Made by a program: the position numbers and the translations under genes. A stretch of 64,000 bases of DNA. It comes from Monocercomonoides exilis PA203. Its lineage: Eukaryota > Protista > Preaxostyla. The DNA lies in the NCBI GenBank assembly GCA_001643675.2, contig LSRY02000046.1, positions 62,001 to 126,000 of the forward strand, given 5' to 3'. How positions within the stretch are numbered: the first letter of the stretch is position 1; each line of letters begins with the position of its first letter. Positions 50,044-64,000 of this stretch are shown here, piece by piece. The notes under the pieces were generated by a model. The model was not told the DNA's origin. It did no database searches and saw only the letters and a list, made by a program, of their open reading frames with translations.

Positions 50044-53000
50044 TCAAACTGTTTGTGTCTCCTTTGTGTGATGAGACGGACGCAGCTGGAAAAGAGCCCG
50101 AGTGAACAGAGCAACAAGAACAGAGCGCAATCTGAGGGAATGAGGCGATTGATTGAATTTAGTCAGCTTTGAGAATGAAGAGATATAATTTTGAGCGGAA
50201 GGAGAAGACGAATGAGATGGAGAAGAAAAAGAAGAAGGAGAAGAAGATGATGATGAAGGAGAAGATGAAAGAGAAGATGAAGGAGAAGATGAAGTCGAAG
50301 AAGAGCAAAGTATCTGCGAATCACATTCTCCACATTTCTGTCTATCTGACAGAGCATCCAGTGTATCATCTGAATCAGAAGCAGTTTTCTTCACAGAGAC
50401 TTCTGTGTTACATTCACAATCATCTGACTTCATACGAGCAAATAAGCGGGCATGTGAATTTTCTATGTTAAGAGTCCATTTGATGAAGGAGACGACAGCC
50501 AGAAGAAGAGAAGAATGAGAGAGAGGAATGCGGGTGAAGATGAAAGAGGGGGTTGATGGATGGCTTTGTTTGAAGGGCTGGTTGTGGGCAGAAGGAGAAG
50601 AACGAGAAGAAGATGAAGAAGAAGAAGAAGGAAGATGAGATGCAGTTGATTGACTGAGAAGTGATTGAGTGGATGTGGATGAATGAGATGAAAGAGAAGA
50701 AGAAGAAGAGGAAGAAGAAATAGAAGAAATAGAAGATGATTGCTGAGACAGCAGAGGAGGAGGAGGAAGAGGGTGTGTCTGTGTTTGAGAATTGATCTGT
50801 GATTGCTGAGAGGAAATGGCCGAGAGGCAGAGCTGGGCGAGTGAGGGAGGGATGACAGGAGAAGGAGAGAGACAAGAAAGCAGAAGGAGAAGAGAATGAA
50901 GAAGAGACGAAGCAAGTTGCTGATGAAACGCAAAGAGTTGGCTTTGCTTCGTGTCTTGTGCTCTTTCTTTGGCTGTTCTTTTCTTGTTGGATGTTCTGCT
51001 GCTTCTGCTAAAATCAACACTTTCTTCATCTTCCATCTCATCATCATCATCATCATCTTCTTCTTCTTCTTCTTCTTCCGAAGCATCTGAATCTGAATCT
51101 AAAGAGCTTTCATCTTCTTCCTTTGAATCTTTTGCTGTTTTGGATGTGCTTTTATTTGTTTCTTTCTCTTTCCCCTTCTCCTTCTCTTTTCTCTTTTCTT
51201 TCTTCTTCTTCTCCTCTTCCTCTTCCTCTTCCTTTTCTCCTTCAATCATCTTCTCCTCTGTCTCAAACGATAGCACCTCTTCCTCTGAATCCAGCTTGTC
51301 CAGCACCTCCTTCACCATCAGCACATTCTGTGTCCACTCTGAAAAGGAACAGAACGAAAAAACAGGAGAAAGAGCAAGAGAATTCAAAGAATTGGTTGAA
51401 TGAGATGGATTGATTGAATGGAGAGGAGAAGAAGAGGAAGGGCGAGGTGGAGGTGGGCGGGCAGGGCAGTGTGGAGGAGAAGAGGAAGGAGAATAAGAAG
51501 GAGAAGAAGCAATGGAGGAAGCAGGAGAAGAAGAAGAAATGGGAGAAAGAGCACGAGAATGAGGAGCAGCAGAAGAAGAAGACGTGGAAGAGAGCGGAGA
51601 AGCGAGCAAACTTGAATTAGAATTAGACTGAGAAAGAGGCAGAGGCAGAGGAAGAGCAGAAACATTGGTGTAGTCAGCAGCTGTGTCGTGTATGCCCTCA
51701 GGGCTATCTACAAAAACGGTGTCATTTTCATCCGAAAGAAAAGCATCGAGTGAAAGTGTGTTTGTGTGGAGAGGACGAGAAGGCGTGAGGAGAGTGAAGG
51801 AAGATGGCTTTGTTGGATCAGAAGAAGAGGAGGAAGAGAAAGAAGAAGAAGAGAAAGAAGAAGGAAGGAGAGAAGGAGAGGAAGGAGAGGAAGATGATGA
51901 AATTAGAGGAGAAGAAGAAGAAGAAGAGGGTGTTTTGTCTGTGAATGTTTTTGGCTTTGGAGGAGGAGCACGTTTCGGGGCAGACAAAAGAGAAGAAGGC
52001 TGTTGTGTCTTTGAGGTGGAAGGAGGAAGAGGAGGAGGAGGATGAGAAAGAGGAGAGGAGAGGAGAGGAACAGGGGGAGTGGAGGAAGAGGAAAGAGAAG
52101 AAGAAGATGATGATGACGATGAAATAGGAGAAGCAGTCGAAGGAGAAGAAGCAGAAGCAGAAGAAGAAGAAGTGCTTGAAAGAAGCTGAGGAGATGCTGT
52201 TTTGCTTCGAGGGGTTGAAAATGCCTTCGAAAAGGGTTTGAAACCAAAAATTGACAAGGAAGAGAGAGAAGAAGTGAGTGAAGAGGCAAAAGAAGAGGAG
52301 GAAGAGGAGGAGGAGGAGGAAGAAGAAGAAGATGATGATGATGAAATAACAGTTTCATTTCCAGCAGATTGCTGAATGAAGGGTGTTGTTGTTTGATTAG
52401 CTGATGTTGAAGAAGAAGTAGAAGAAAGAGGAGGAGGAGAGGAAGAAGGAGAAGAAGCTGAAGGTGTTATGATTGTTGCAGTTGAAGAAGAAGAAGAAGA
52501 AGATGTTCCCAAATATGATAGTGATCCAGTGATTGAAGTGGTGATGGAGTCAAAACCAGACGGAACAGAAGAAGAAGAAGAAGAAGAAGAATCAAAAGCG
52601 ACAGATTTTGAGTGAGTGGAGTGGAAAAGAGAGAGAAGGAAGGAATAAACAGAGAAGATGATCTGAGTGAATGGATGTGGTGGAATAGAAATATCAACTT
52701 TGCCTCTTCTGATTCTTTCTCCTGAAATAATGTTGTCTTTGATTCTTTCTTCTTCTCTTCTTTCTTTTCCTTCTTCTTCTTTATTGTTTTTCCTTCTTTT
52801 CCCCTTCTCTTTCTTCAGTTCTTCTATTTCATGTTCAGTCAGCCATGCAATTTCAGAGGTGATTGACGAAAAGAGCTGAACAAATGGCATTGGAAGAGTA
52901 ACATCGAAGGAGAAGAAAGAAGAAGAGGGTAAGGAAGGAGAGGAAGGAGAGGAAGGAGAGAAAGAAAGAGAAGAAGAAGAAGAAGAAGAAGAAGAAGAAT

Positions 53001-55228
53001 TAGCGTGATAGGAAGGAGGAGGAGTTGTTGGTTTCTCAACAAATTGTGTCTTTGATGTTGATTGTTCAGCTGGGAGAAGCACAAAAGATGGATCAGATTT
53101 ATCTGACTTATCAGAATGGATAGATGGCTGAGAGATGGAGAGAGGACAGAAGGAAAGAGAAGAAGAAGAAGAAGAGGAAGAAGAAGGGGAAGAAGAAGAA
53201 GAAGGGGAAGAAGAATCAGATTGAGACAGATTCGAGTGTGCATTAACAGAAGTGTATTTTGGCAGAGATGAATGAGAAGGAACAGGAGAGAAGTCAGAGA
53301 GAGAGAGTTGAGGTTTGTGTTTGCTTTTGGGTTTTGTTGGAGGAAGAGCAGAAGAAACACATTTGTCTGTCTCTGACTGTGTTTGTGTTTGTGTCTGAGT
53401 GAGTGGATCATTCTGATTCTGATTGGATTCTTCACTTTTATCATTTTCATTGATAGATTGTTTGTTTTCTTCTGAAATTTCATCTGTTTTCTCTTTCTTT
53501 CCTTCTTCTTCTTCTTTTGAGTTCAAAGCACTTGGTACATCTGTCATACACGGATTATTCGCTTCTTCTATGTTTTTGCTTCCTTCTCTTCCTTCCTCAT
53601 TATTCTCCTCACCTCCATCCTTCCCCTCCTTCTCCTTCTCCTTCTCCTCTCCTTCTCCCAACATCTTCTTCACCTTCTCCATCGTCCCCTCCACAAACAC
53701 ACCCAAATTCGCACATTTCTTCTTGTTCTGCATCATCCTCTGAAGAGACTCCCCCACACAAGAATTCTTCATCTTCGCACTCAACACAACAAAATGATCA
53801 TTTCCACCTTCCACATGCACAACAACAATCGTCTCAAACTGATTGTCTTCTTCTTTCAGAAGATTATCTTCTTCTTCTTCTTCTTCTTCTTCTTCTCTTT
53901 CTTTTCCTTCAGCTGTAGCTTTTATAATGTCACTATTTGCATTATCATTATTCTTTTCCTTCTCCTTCTCCTTCTCCTTCTCCCTCCTCCTCTTCTCCCT
54001 CCTCTTCTCCATCTCCTCCCTCACCCCCTCCTTGTTCAGCATCATCTTCACACACAGTGTTGCTGTGTCTCCTGGCAGCAGAGTGTTGCTGATTGGCTCA
54101 AACTCCACAAAAAGAGGAGAAGACGAAGGAGAATGGCGTGTGGACACATCAAGCGGTGTGGATGTCATCGAAGCAATCGGATTAGATGGCTGTGCTGCAT
54201 TTGGAGAGGAGGAGGTGATGGAGTGGAAGGGAGAAGAAGAAGCAGAAGAAGCAGAAGCAGAAGAGGGAAAGGGAGAAGAAGAAATAGAAGAAGAAGCATT
54301 CGTTTTCTTTGTCTGCTGTTTGAACATCGACAGCGATGCCTTCGGGAAAAGTGGTTTTTCTTCGACCAATCTGATGCTGTCAGGCACAATAACAGACACC
54401 ACAGCACGTGAAAAGAGATGCGTATTCACAGCTTCTATCTCCCTCACTGCCACCTCCCCCACTCTCAGCTGGCTTATTGCCACCTCTTTTGTTGATAGAG
54501 CAATTCGTGGCTGTTCTTCATTGTCCTTCCTGTCCCTCTCCTTCAGTGCAGCTGACTCGTGTTGCCGCACCCTGCCCTCGTCAGTGGCTAAGCAGACGGT
54601 GCGGAAGAGAGAATAGACGGGGCGATGGTCAGAGACAAGAGAGGACTCTAAGCGGCCGTAGCTGAGTTGGACGATTGGGTGGAGAGAAGAAGAAGAAGAA
54701 AAAGAAGAAGAGGAAGAAGAAGAGGAAGAAGAAGAGGAAGAAGAAGAGGAAGAAGAAGAGGAAGAAGAAGAGGAAGAAGAAGAGGAAGAAGAAGAGGAAG
54801 AAGAAGAGGAAGAGGAAGAGGAAGAGGAAGAGGAAGAAGAAGAGGAAGAGGAAGAGGGAGAGAGAGAAGGAGAAGAGGAAGAAGAAGAAGAGGAGGAGGA
54901 GGAGGGAGAGAGAGAAGGAGAAGAGGAAGAAGGAGATGAAGGAGAGGCTGAGGAAGAAGGTGAAGGAGAGAGGGAAGGTGAGATTGTGGTGGATGCAGGA
55001 GTAGATTGAGGAGAAAGAGGAGAAGAAGAAGAAACAGATGATAATGTTGCTGTTGATGATGTGTCTATTTTATTTGTAACGAAAGGTGATTGTGAATGAT
55101 GAACGAACGGAAACAAAGGAACATTACAAGAAACAGAATCTGAAGCAGTTGTAGCAGCAGCAGAAGAAGTAGAAGAAGTAGAATGCGAAGAAGATTTTTT
55201 ATTTTTTGAATTAGAAGAAGAAGAAGAA

Positions 55229-55267
<39 letters not shown>

Positions 55268-56695
55268 ATGGGAGGAAGAGTTTTGATGGCAGGTGGAACA
55301 GGCCTGATGAGAGGAGACTGAATGAATGAAGGTTCAGAAGGTGATTGAGTGGAATGGAGAGGAGGAGAAAGAAGAGAAGGAGAAGGAGAAGGAGAAGATG
55401 ATGATGAAAGAGAAGGAGAAGGAGAAAGAGAGGGAGATTTGGGTGATTTGGGTGATTTGGGTGATTTTGGTGTGTTTGGAGAGAAAGAAGAATGACGTGG
55501 AGGAGGAGGAGGGACAGAAGAAAGTGGAGAAGATGAGGGAGAGTGAGGAGAATGAGAAAGAAGATGATTAGGAGAGGAAGAGGAAGAGGAAGAAGAAGAA
55601 GAAGATGTTTTGTTTTGAGATGGCTGTTTTGGTGAAAACTGTTCAGATGCCATCAAAACAGTCGGCTTGTTTTCATCTGCTTCTTCTTCTGGTTTTTCAT
55701 TCAAAGAAGTTTTAATCGAATCATTTTCTTCAGTTTTTTCTGACTTTTCTGCTTTTGATCCGTCTTTCTCTTTCAATTTGTCATTTCTTTCCTTTTCTGC
55801 AGATGAATTTGTGCTTTTTGCTGACAAATCATTTGATCTTTCTTTGTTCCCAACAATAACACATTCATATTCATCATCTTCTTCTTCCTCATCATCGTCT
55901 TCTTCTTCTTCTCCATCCTTCTCTTTCTTTTTTCTTCTTTTTCTTTTTCTTTCTCCTTCTCTTCCTTCTTCATCGTCATCTTCTTCTTCTGTCATATTCT
56001 TCTCTTTCAAGTCAATCAGATCGTATTCACTTTCACATCCTATTTCCTTTTCCTCGTCTTCTCCCTTCTCATTCTCTTCTTCACCCACATACCACAAAAT
56101 CCTGTCACACCACGCTGGAATCCTCAGCTTCTTCTTCTGCTGCTCAATTTCTTTCTCTTTCTTCCTTTCTCTTTCTCTTTCCTTTTCTTTCTCTTTCTCT
56201 TTCTCTTTCTCTTTCTCTTTCTCTTTCTCTTTCTCTTTCTCTTTCTCTTTCTCTTTCTCTTTCTCCTTATCAATTTTTTTCTCATCCAGAAACATGCTTA
56301 TAGGTACTGTCTTCCATGTTCCATCTACATTCTCTTCTTTCCCATTCGAAAGAGATTGAGACGATGAAGAAGATGAAGAAGAAGAAGATGATGTGGAAGA
56401 TAAAGAGGAGGAAGAGGAGGAGGAAGAGGAAGAAGGGGAGGAGGAAGAGGAAGAAGATGAAGAATGTGATGAAGGAGATGAAGAAGAGGAAGAGGAGGAA
56501 GAAGAGGAAGAGGAAGATAATGATGATGGCGTAGCAGCGGATGAAGGGTGTGAGCTTGGAGAGAGAGAATTCGAGTGGCGAGAGGGAGGAGGTGGTGGAT
56601 GCTGAGGGAAAGGCGAAACAGAACGCAATTCACACGAAATGGATGGTGTTTGAGAGGACATGGCAGAAGAGGAAGGAGGATGAGAAGAAGAAGAG

Positions 56696-56733
<38 letters not shown>

Positions 56734-59307
56734 AGAAGAAGAAGGCGGAGGAGGAGGAGGTTGTGCCGAAAGAAGAGGAGAAGGAGCAGATGTGCTGGAA
56801 AGAGGAGCAAACTGTTTATTCACTTTGTCTTCTGGTGAAGGACTTGTTGATTTTCCTGTCTGTTTTGTTTCTGATGTTATTTCTTTTCCTTCCTTTTCTT
56901 CTTCTTCTTTCGTAGCAGCATCTGCACAGAAGAGCTTGTTGTTCTGAGTGATTTGTGTGAAACTGACAGAATTCTTCGCATTTTGTGTGTTTGTTTCTCC
57001 TTTCTGGTTGAATTCTGTTGGAGTAACAGTCTTTTTGGGAAGAAGAGGTGAAGGAGGTGTTGATTGAGGAGGTGTCTTAATGGAATAGGGAGAAGGAGAA
57101 GGAGAAGGAGAAGGAGAGGAAGAAGAAGAAGAGGAAAAAGAAGAGGAGGAGGAGGAAGAAGAAGAAGAAGAAACATTATCTGTTTTAAGAGAAGGATGAG
57201 GATGAGCAAAGAGAGGATTCACAAACGATGCCATTGTTGGGTGTGGTGACATTGACTGAGGAATTCGTGTTTGCTGCTTTGAGATCTGTGCATATGAAGG
57301 AGGAGGGGTTTCAGCTCTGGTTGATGGTGATGAGTTCTTTGAAGAAGATGATGATGATAATGACGACGATGATGATGATGATAAAGGAGAAAGAGAAGGA
57401 GAAGCAACAGCAAGTTTTGGTGTTTGCTTTCCATTTCTTTGTCCTTTATCTTCTTCCCCTTGACTTTTCTCTTCCTCCTTCTCCTCCTTCTCCTCCTCTC
57501 CCTTTCCCCCTCTTTTCACTCCTCTCTCCTCTTCCATCTCTTCTTCTGTGAAATACAGCCTCCATCCGTCGTGTCTGTCTGTGTGTGCTTTGTATTTGTA
57601 TGTCGGCAGAAATGTGACAGGCCCCTCACAAAATGACTTGAATGCCCTTCCTCTGGCTATCTGCTGGTGCAGCTGGTCACACGCAAAGAGAGAACTCAGC
57701 AAGGACGAGGAAGACAATGAAGAGGAAGGTGAAGAAGAAGAAGATGATGATGATGATGATGATAAGGAAGAAAAATTAGAGGAAGAAGAAGAATAAGAAG
57801 AATTGGAGTGATTGACAACCTTTGGAGCAGGAGATGTGCACAAAGGGCGAATATCTTCATTTGGAGAAGAGAAAGGCGAAAGAGGCGCAGAATGCAAAGG
57901 AGAAAGTGCCCTTTCATTTGCATTCTGCGACTTCACACAGCTGCTCTTTGCCTTCTTCACATTCTCCTCTTTATCCTCTCTCTTCTGCAATGCCTCTTCC
58001 CACGGCTCCTCCAAAAGGCGCTTTCTTTCTTTCTCCTTCTGCTCCTGCTGCCTCTTCTTGATAATCTCGTGGATTGTCCGATAGACCTGTGTCTTGTCCA
58101 TCTCTATTCGATAGTTCAGATCTCCAAAGAAGAACAAGACGTTGCACTTGGTTATCTTCTCCTGCACAATCTCATTGCTCGGCTGCATCGCTTCTTTGTT
58201 CTTGGCTCCCAACCCATCTCCTTCTTCTCCCTCTTCTGAGCTGCTATCATCGCCTCTTTCATTCATTTCTCGCTCTCTCCTTTCTCGTTCTCTCTCGTTC
58301 TCTCTCTCTCTTTCTCTCCGCTCCTTCTCTTCTTTTTCTTTTTGGCAGACACACTCCCCCTTTTCAGCACAGCTGTGATGCGTGCACTCACTCATCTTTG
58401 CTTTTTCCATGATCATCTTGAAATCTTTGTTCCTCGTCTCCACCTTCTTTTGGTGTGCAGCCAAATGCGCACACACAAATCCCACAAGCGAATTGTGAAC
58501 ACGCATCCGCACAGCTATCCCGCCTTTGTTGCCCAAAGCATTCAGCATCCCTGTTCCTACACACACAACTTCGCACTCTTGCACGTATCTTCTAATAGAT
58601 GAACTAACAAATACATCTATAAATAAGCCCACCATCTGTCTTGATGTAATGCTCACAAACGATGGAGGCTTTGTATGCGATTGCATATTATTGGTGGATG
58701 AACCTTGTTTTGATGAAAAATCTAAATTATCTGTTATTTGTGTGGAAACAAAATTTCTGAAATATAAATCAGTTGATTGCGATCTCATGGGATATACATC
58801 ACGAAGAGCTTCGTCAAATGCATTATGCCAAACTGAAGAACGTGAAGTAGATGTAAAGAGAAGACCTTGGGCGCTTAAATCAACTTCTTGAAGTCCAAAT
58901 ACAATTATGTCAGGAAGGAAAAGCCCTTCGTAAAAATCTTCAACAGAATTATGAGAAAGATCTATAACTTGTTTTTGCGTTTCTTTTTGTGAGTTTTTCA
59001 TTAACTTCTTCGAAGGTGGAGGTGGTGGAATGGTCCTTGTAAAATCTGATTTTGATCTCGGAGATGATGATATTGATCCTTGCTTTTCACATCTTTCTTG
59101 ATCGACAACAAATTTTTGCTTCAATACAGAAGGTTGTTGGAGGGAACTTTGCCTTTTTGAGATGCCATGAAGCATTTCTCGAATAAGACCAATAAGTTCA
59201 TATTTTTCAGGTGGTGAGGAATTATTCACATTCCAACTCATTATTGCAATCTTTAAAGGCTTCCATTTAAAGAAATGTAAGTCATTTTGGGATTTTTTAG
59301 CCAACAT
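50044..59307 (-). CDS. OCRL: OCRL/INPP5B-like inositol polyphosphate 5-phosphatase, 3087 aa, single ORF
   Basis: SWNVN, FGLQEVD, GNKGG, HLAAHQ, FFGDLNYRI, PTYKY, PAWCDRILW and SDHRPV are all present. ASH-domain-like 'IVVVHVEGGNDHFVVLSA...SCVGESL' follows, then dispersed helices possibly derived from the RhoGAP-like domain. Confidence 0.88.
54684..54855 (+). repeat. (GAA/GAG)n coding microsatellite, poly-Ser on the minus strand
   Basis: Tandem GAGGAAGAAGAA 12-mers and GAGGAA 6-mers within the 5-phosphatase ORF. Confidence 0.85.
56165..56268 (+). repeat. (TTTCTC)n coding hexamer repeat, (KE)n on the minus strand
   Basis: Encodes KEKEKE... immediately before the PAWCDRILW motif. Confidence 0.8.
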
Positions 59308-59538
59308 GAAGATAATAAGATGGAATATCCAGAGTCAAAAGTCGCAAGTTTGAAAAAATAAATTTTGAAGCTTGAATAAATATAGCAGATTTTGTGTAAT
59401 CAAAAGAAGTTTAATAGCTAAACTCTTGTTGTTGACTCAAAAATTTGATAAATTTTAATATTTGATCTTAAACATTATTATATTAATTTTTCTTTTATAA
59501 ATGGATTTTTCAAATGTTAAATTGAATGCTAAATGTTC

Positions 59539-60984
59539 TCAAATATTCACAAAATAATCAGAAATATCAAAAGATAATTCATGATAACATGATTCATCAT
59601 TAAAAAAATTAAAAATTTCTTGAAAGCTTGTGATGGCATCTTCGTATCCTTCTTCCTCCAACTTTTCTTGCACTTTCTTTTTTGTTGTCTTTCTTTTCAA
59701 TTTGTTAATTTCATTTTCTTCCTTTGCTTTCAATCTTGTGGAAATCGAAAAAAAATAATAAATCAAATTGTGAGACATTCTGTATGTAAATGTTGATAGA
59801 TGAATCTCTTCTAAAAGAATGTCAAAGGTTCCACTCTTTAGTAAACCGCAAACGTCTATCAATTTATCTCTTGCAGCATCCTTGAAAAAGTCAATGCGAT
59901 TACCAAATATTTCTTGTTCATGTTCTCTTGCTTCTCTGCATGTACTGACAATACAATGAATAAGTTCAATGTATTCATCTTTCCACTGTTCTAAATGAGA
60001 AAGAAAATCTGTGGCAGTGTAGATCCATCTCTTTAATGTTATGATCACTTTCATTTCTCTTCTGCTTTTTTCATTCTCTTCTGCTTTTCTCTTCCAATCC
60101 ACACTTTTTGCAAGTTCCTCCAATTCTTTTCTTGCTTCTCTCACAAAATGCAGCTCGTTCACAATTACACCTTCCAAACTTTTTTCATAGCTCAATCTGT
60201 TGATCAAAAACTGCCAAGCAGATTGATAGGCAAGTCGCGTCAGATTGTGATGCTTTTGATGGTATTTCATGATCTCTTTGATTGCATTCAGGAAAAGTTC
60301 TTGACCCATTTCCTGAAAAAAAGGAGAAAAATATCAATAAGAAAAGCAAAACAATTCTCCAAACGCAAAAACAAATGAATCACACATTCCACGCTATGAT
60401 TTTACTCAAAGCCAGCAAAGCCATTTCTACTCCTTTTTGAGTCTCCTCGTTTTCCTCTTTCTTCAACGCAACTTTCAAAAGGCAGAAAATACAAATTGAA
60501 AATAATTCTGAAGAAAACGTGCCGTTAAGCAAAAGATAGCATTCGCAAAGATCTGCAAACAGCTTTTTGCTCTTTTCTTCTTTTTTTTGTTCTTCATCAA
60601 CAATCATCTTCTCTAATCTTTTGTTCAGAAAAGTAGTTTCATCACTTGAACAATAAATATCTGTAAGCACCCTGCGATAATTAATACTTTTCAATAAAAG
60701 CAATGCATTTTCCAAAGAAAATTTCTTTTCTTCTATCATTTTATCCAATTTGTCGAATAGTTCTTTTGTGAAAACAGATTTGAATTCCTCTTTTTTCATA
60801 TTTTCCACAAATCCATTTATTTCTTCGATTTTCTTTCTCTGTTCTTCATCATCGCAATCTTCAAATTTAGAAAACAATTCTTAAATTAAAATTAATAACT
60901 AAGAAAGAAATCCAATCAACAAGAATGCAAGTGCAACAATGAATGCACACCTGCGAATTTTTCGGTAACATTCTTTTCAATCAT
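59539..60984 (-). CDS. Apparently intact member of the lineage-specific 'KLEEEGYED' helical protein family; 2 introns
   Basis: MIEKNVTEKFA|ELFSKFEDCD...LCECYLLL...EMALLALS...|ELFLNAIKEIMKYHQKHHNLTRLAYQSAWQFL...KLEEEGYED...DYFVNI*. Homologous to 27410-28796. Confidence 0.8.
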
Positions 60985-63900
60985 CTTTAAAAAGAATTTC
61001 ATTCAGAAAACAACACAATTTTGATATTCACATTGAACATGCAAAAGTTTGGAAAGAAGAATTAGATGAAATATAAATACTCTAAAAAAAGTCGGAAAAT
61101 GTATTCACTCAAACCTTTATTTTTTGCACATGTATTTTTGTGCAGTAATTATGATGGAAAATAACGCTTCTTCGATTTGTCTTTATCTGCAACGGATAAA
61201 ATGATTAAAAAGAATTATTTGCACTGGAATGGAAATTGGCAAAATGAGAAAACACTGAATGAACATTTCCTGTAGAACTGGGAATATTATTTCCTGTGGA
61301 GATAACAAGAAATGAGGCAATGCAATATTTTTGGAATTCTATCTGATTATTTTTGTCAATTGGATGGTCAAAGAAACCCAACAATTTCATTAATAACACA
61401 AAAGACGTAATACATGTAATTTTTGTTGTTCTATTGATTCTAAGGATATTTCCATCTGTATTCTTTCCAAAGCCCAGGAATCTGACTAATTGTTGAAATG
61501 GCCAATATCCGCTTTGGAGAGCATAACGATGAGAATGGAGCAGATAATTGTTTGACAATTGTTAAATAAAGGAATGTGTGCAAGATACATGATTCATAAT
61601 TTCTTGATTGGAGCAAGAGGTGAAACAAATTCGACTGTTATTTTATAAAATGTTGATTTATGGATTGTATTCTGAGAAAAATAAGGAACAATCAAAATTA
61701 GATAGGATTTTGGAACGTGAGGCAGGAAAGTGGTTTTTTGGCAAGGAAAGTGGATGGCAATATCAAGGGAAGTATGCTTATCACAAAAAATGCGATAATT
61801 CAATGGAAAAAAGGAAAACCCCAAATTGTCAATTTCATTTATAAGGTTTTCCTGTTTCTTGGGCTGCACCAGACAGATATGGAAAGCAAAAAAATTCAAT
61901 TTCTGATTCCACTTTTGAAGCAAAACAAATGAGAAACGCCAACGACGAGACATTCAATAATCGAATATTTGTTGGGAATCAAACAACATTCTGTCCAACT
62001 GCATTTAGATTTCATTCTTCGAAGGGACAGCCATTTTGAGCAAGTCAATTGATTATTATTCGATGTTTGAAAGCGTTTGTAATATGACCAGCATCAGATT
62101 AATTGGAGATAAGTGTCATTTTCGATTTGCTCTTCACTCTTCATTTGCCTTCCAAAAGCACAGTTCTTGCATTCTGTTTCGATACTTATTTTCAGTTTAA
62201 TGGCTTTCAGTTCTTGACTATCAAGAAATGCAACGAGGCCGTGCCATCTTTCTCAGCATGGGAATTGTCAAATTAAAGCCAACTTTTTTCAACCTTCTTC
62301 CTCAACATTGTTGAAGAAGAGCCAGCCCCGCTCAGTTCGCATTCAACTTCCCTCAAACTCAACATTTGCGTATTTCATCTATTTTTCTTTCTTTTTTTGA
62401 GTGCCTTTCATTCACACAGACTGAAGAGTCACATTCTTCAAACATTTCAAAATGAATGTTATTGTCTTTTCAGCAGATCCACTTTGTTTGTCTCAATTGG
62501 CCAATCTTCTTCTTCCTCTTTTTCTTCTTCATAAAATTCATCGTCATTCCACCTTTTCATCCTTCTTCGTCTTCTTCCACTTTCACTTCGACTCAGATGA
62601 CTCAATCAAGCACAACAAGGCGCATCAACAGTCAAAGCAGAAAAGAAGAAGAAGAAGAAGAAACAAATTGTTTTATTTGAGATAATTACAAAGTGATAAG
62701 CCACATTTTCTGTATTCAGAAAAAATCAAAATATATCTTTTTTTTGCACCACGCTCATGAAAGTTGTTGAACTGTCTTCACAAAAGGAGAAACTGAAGCC
62801 AGCAAGATCATCATCAATTCGAGTGGGACATCCAACAAGCTGGCATCTTTTGTTGGATTCTGTGAAGAATATGACGTCAACGATGAAGAAAGAGAGGCAT
62901 GCTTCAAACAACCAATTCAGGGCATTCATTTCGATTTGCTGAGAAAGAGTTGAATTGAAGATGAGAACGCAAGAAGAGGAATGATGTGTATTTGATTTTG
63001 CTATTTGCATCCTCGTCTTTTCACCAAATGCTTTTTTGGCATTGCACTGCAATTTCATTGTCTATTTCTTTCTTTTTATTTTCATCGACAATCCTGTTAT
63101 GATGTTTTCGAAGCGATTTCAGACTTTTCTGGGAAAACATTTCACAATGTCATTTGTGATTTCAACAGAAATGAAGAAGATCTTCAGTTTCGTTGCGTCC
63201 CTTCAATTTCTTTGCCTGTTCAGTTGTTCGAGAAACATTGTTTCGTTCTGCCTCTCAGCAAAAACAAATTTTGATTTTCCCTTTCACCAATTTTAACAAG
63301 ATAATTATTTTCTTTTAACAAGTGGGCACAACAAAAGAACATTGAAACATAGGTTAATTCACAATTTACGACCGTGAATAAAATTAACATATGTTGAAGC
63401 TATGATGATAACATGTCGTGCACATATGTTTTTTTCTTTCAACTATTTGCGGAAACTCGAAAAAAAATATTGAATTTTTTGTATAATTATTTTTTGATCA
63501 AAAATTTTTAAAAATTTGATAGAAAATTTTAAAAAAATTTGCAATTTGAGATTGATATGCAAACAAATATTACTTAACAAATGTGATTTAAGCAATGCTA
63601 CTGTTTTTTATTCGTGTTCATATTCAGAATGCTTTGCTCCATCTCTAACTTCCATGGTGTCCTCAGAAATTTCTTCATATTTTTCAGATAAAACTTGTTC
63701 ATCCAATTCATCATCTTTTTTGTGGCCTTCCTTTTCTTCTTCAACTTATTCTTCCGCTTCACATTGGAAATATTTCTCTCACAGTTTCAACAAACGTTGA
63801 TTGTTTTCTTTTTAGAAACACAAAAGAAGAAAGATAATCATCAATGAATTTTCCTTCATCCTCGTACGATGCAAATCTCTTCGAAATTGACTCCAAAGTC

Positions 63901-64000
63901 CCTGAATCATATCTGTGCATATTTCGCTTTCTGAGTATTAAAAATGATATTTTTGGCAGATTGTTTTGTGGCCATAATCGAGATCACTGAGAGATGAGAA

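Noticed and set aside
42631-58891. Many long plus-strand and alternate-frame ORFs (poly-S/F/L/R/K/E)
   Set aside because: They are shadows of the low-complexity GAA/TCT repeats in the SCC3 and OCRL coding sequences.
61205-64000. Coding-like fragments on both strands at the right end
   Set aside because: Short, interrupted frames with no family I can recognise. Probably degenerate repeats or pseudogenes, and a homology search is needed.

Overview
This is AT-rich, intron-containing eukaryotic genomic DNA using the standard genetic code. The poly-Ser/Glu protein expansions and a lineage-specific multicopy 'KLEEEGYED' gene family suggest an oxymonad such as Monocercomonoides (inferred from my recall of that genome's style). 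Conserved genes: transportin-1 (runs off the left edge), a PHO80-type cyclin, an N-acylated SPRY-like protein, VPS25, an ArfGAP, a Yak1/DYRK kinase, an S9C dipeptidyl peptidase, UBC4/5, YKT6, AP-4 mu, UEV1/MMS2, TRAPPC2, cohesin SCC3/STAG and a hugely expanded OCRL/INPP5B-type inositol 5-phosphatase. Accessory DNA is concentrated at 2.4-5 kb and 19-32 kb. It holds a TA-flanked MITE, a pogo-like transposase relic, a Crinkler/FunK1-like kinase, a 1.9-kb foldback element with 825-bp arms, a complete Merlin (IS1595-like) transposon with an 8-bp TSD, and a second Merlin relic split by a palindromic MITE. The most unusual observation is inside the complete Merlin element. Between its transposase stop and its terminal repeat it carries a 72-nt tRNA-like Pol III cassette (A box, B box, oligo-T, non-cloverleaf fold), preceded by telomere-like repeats. 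Exon boundaries were read by eye and are approximate unless stated.
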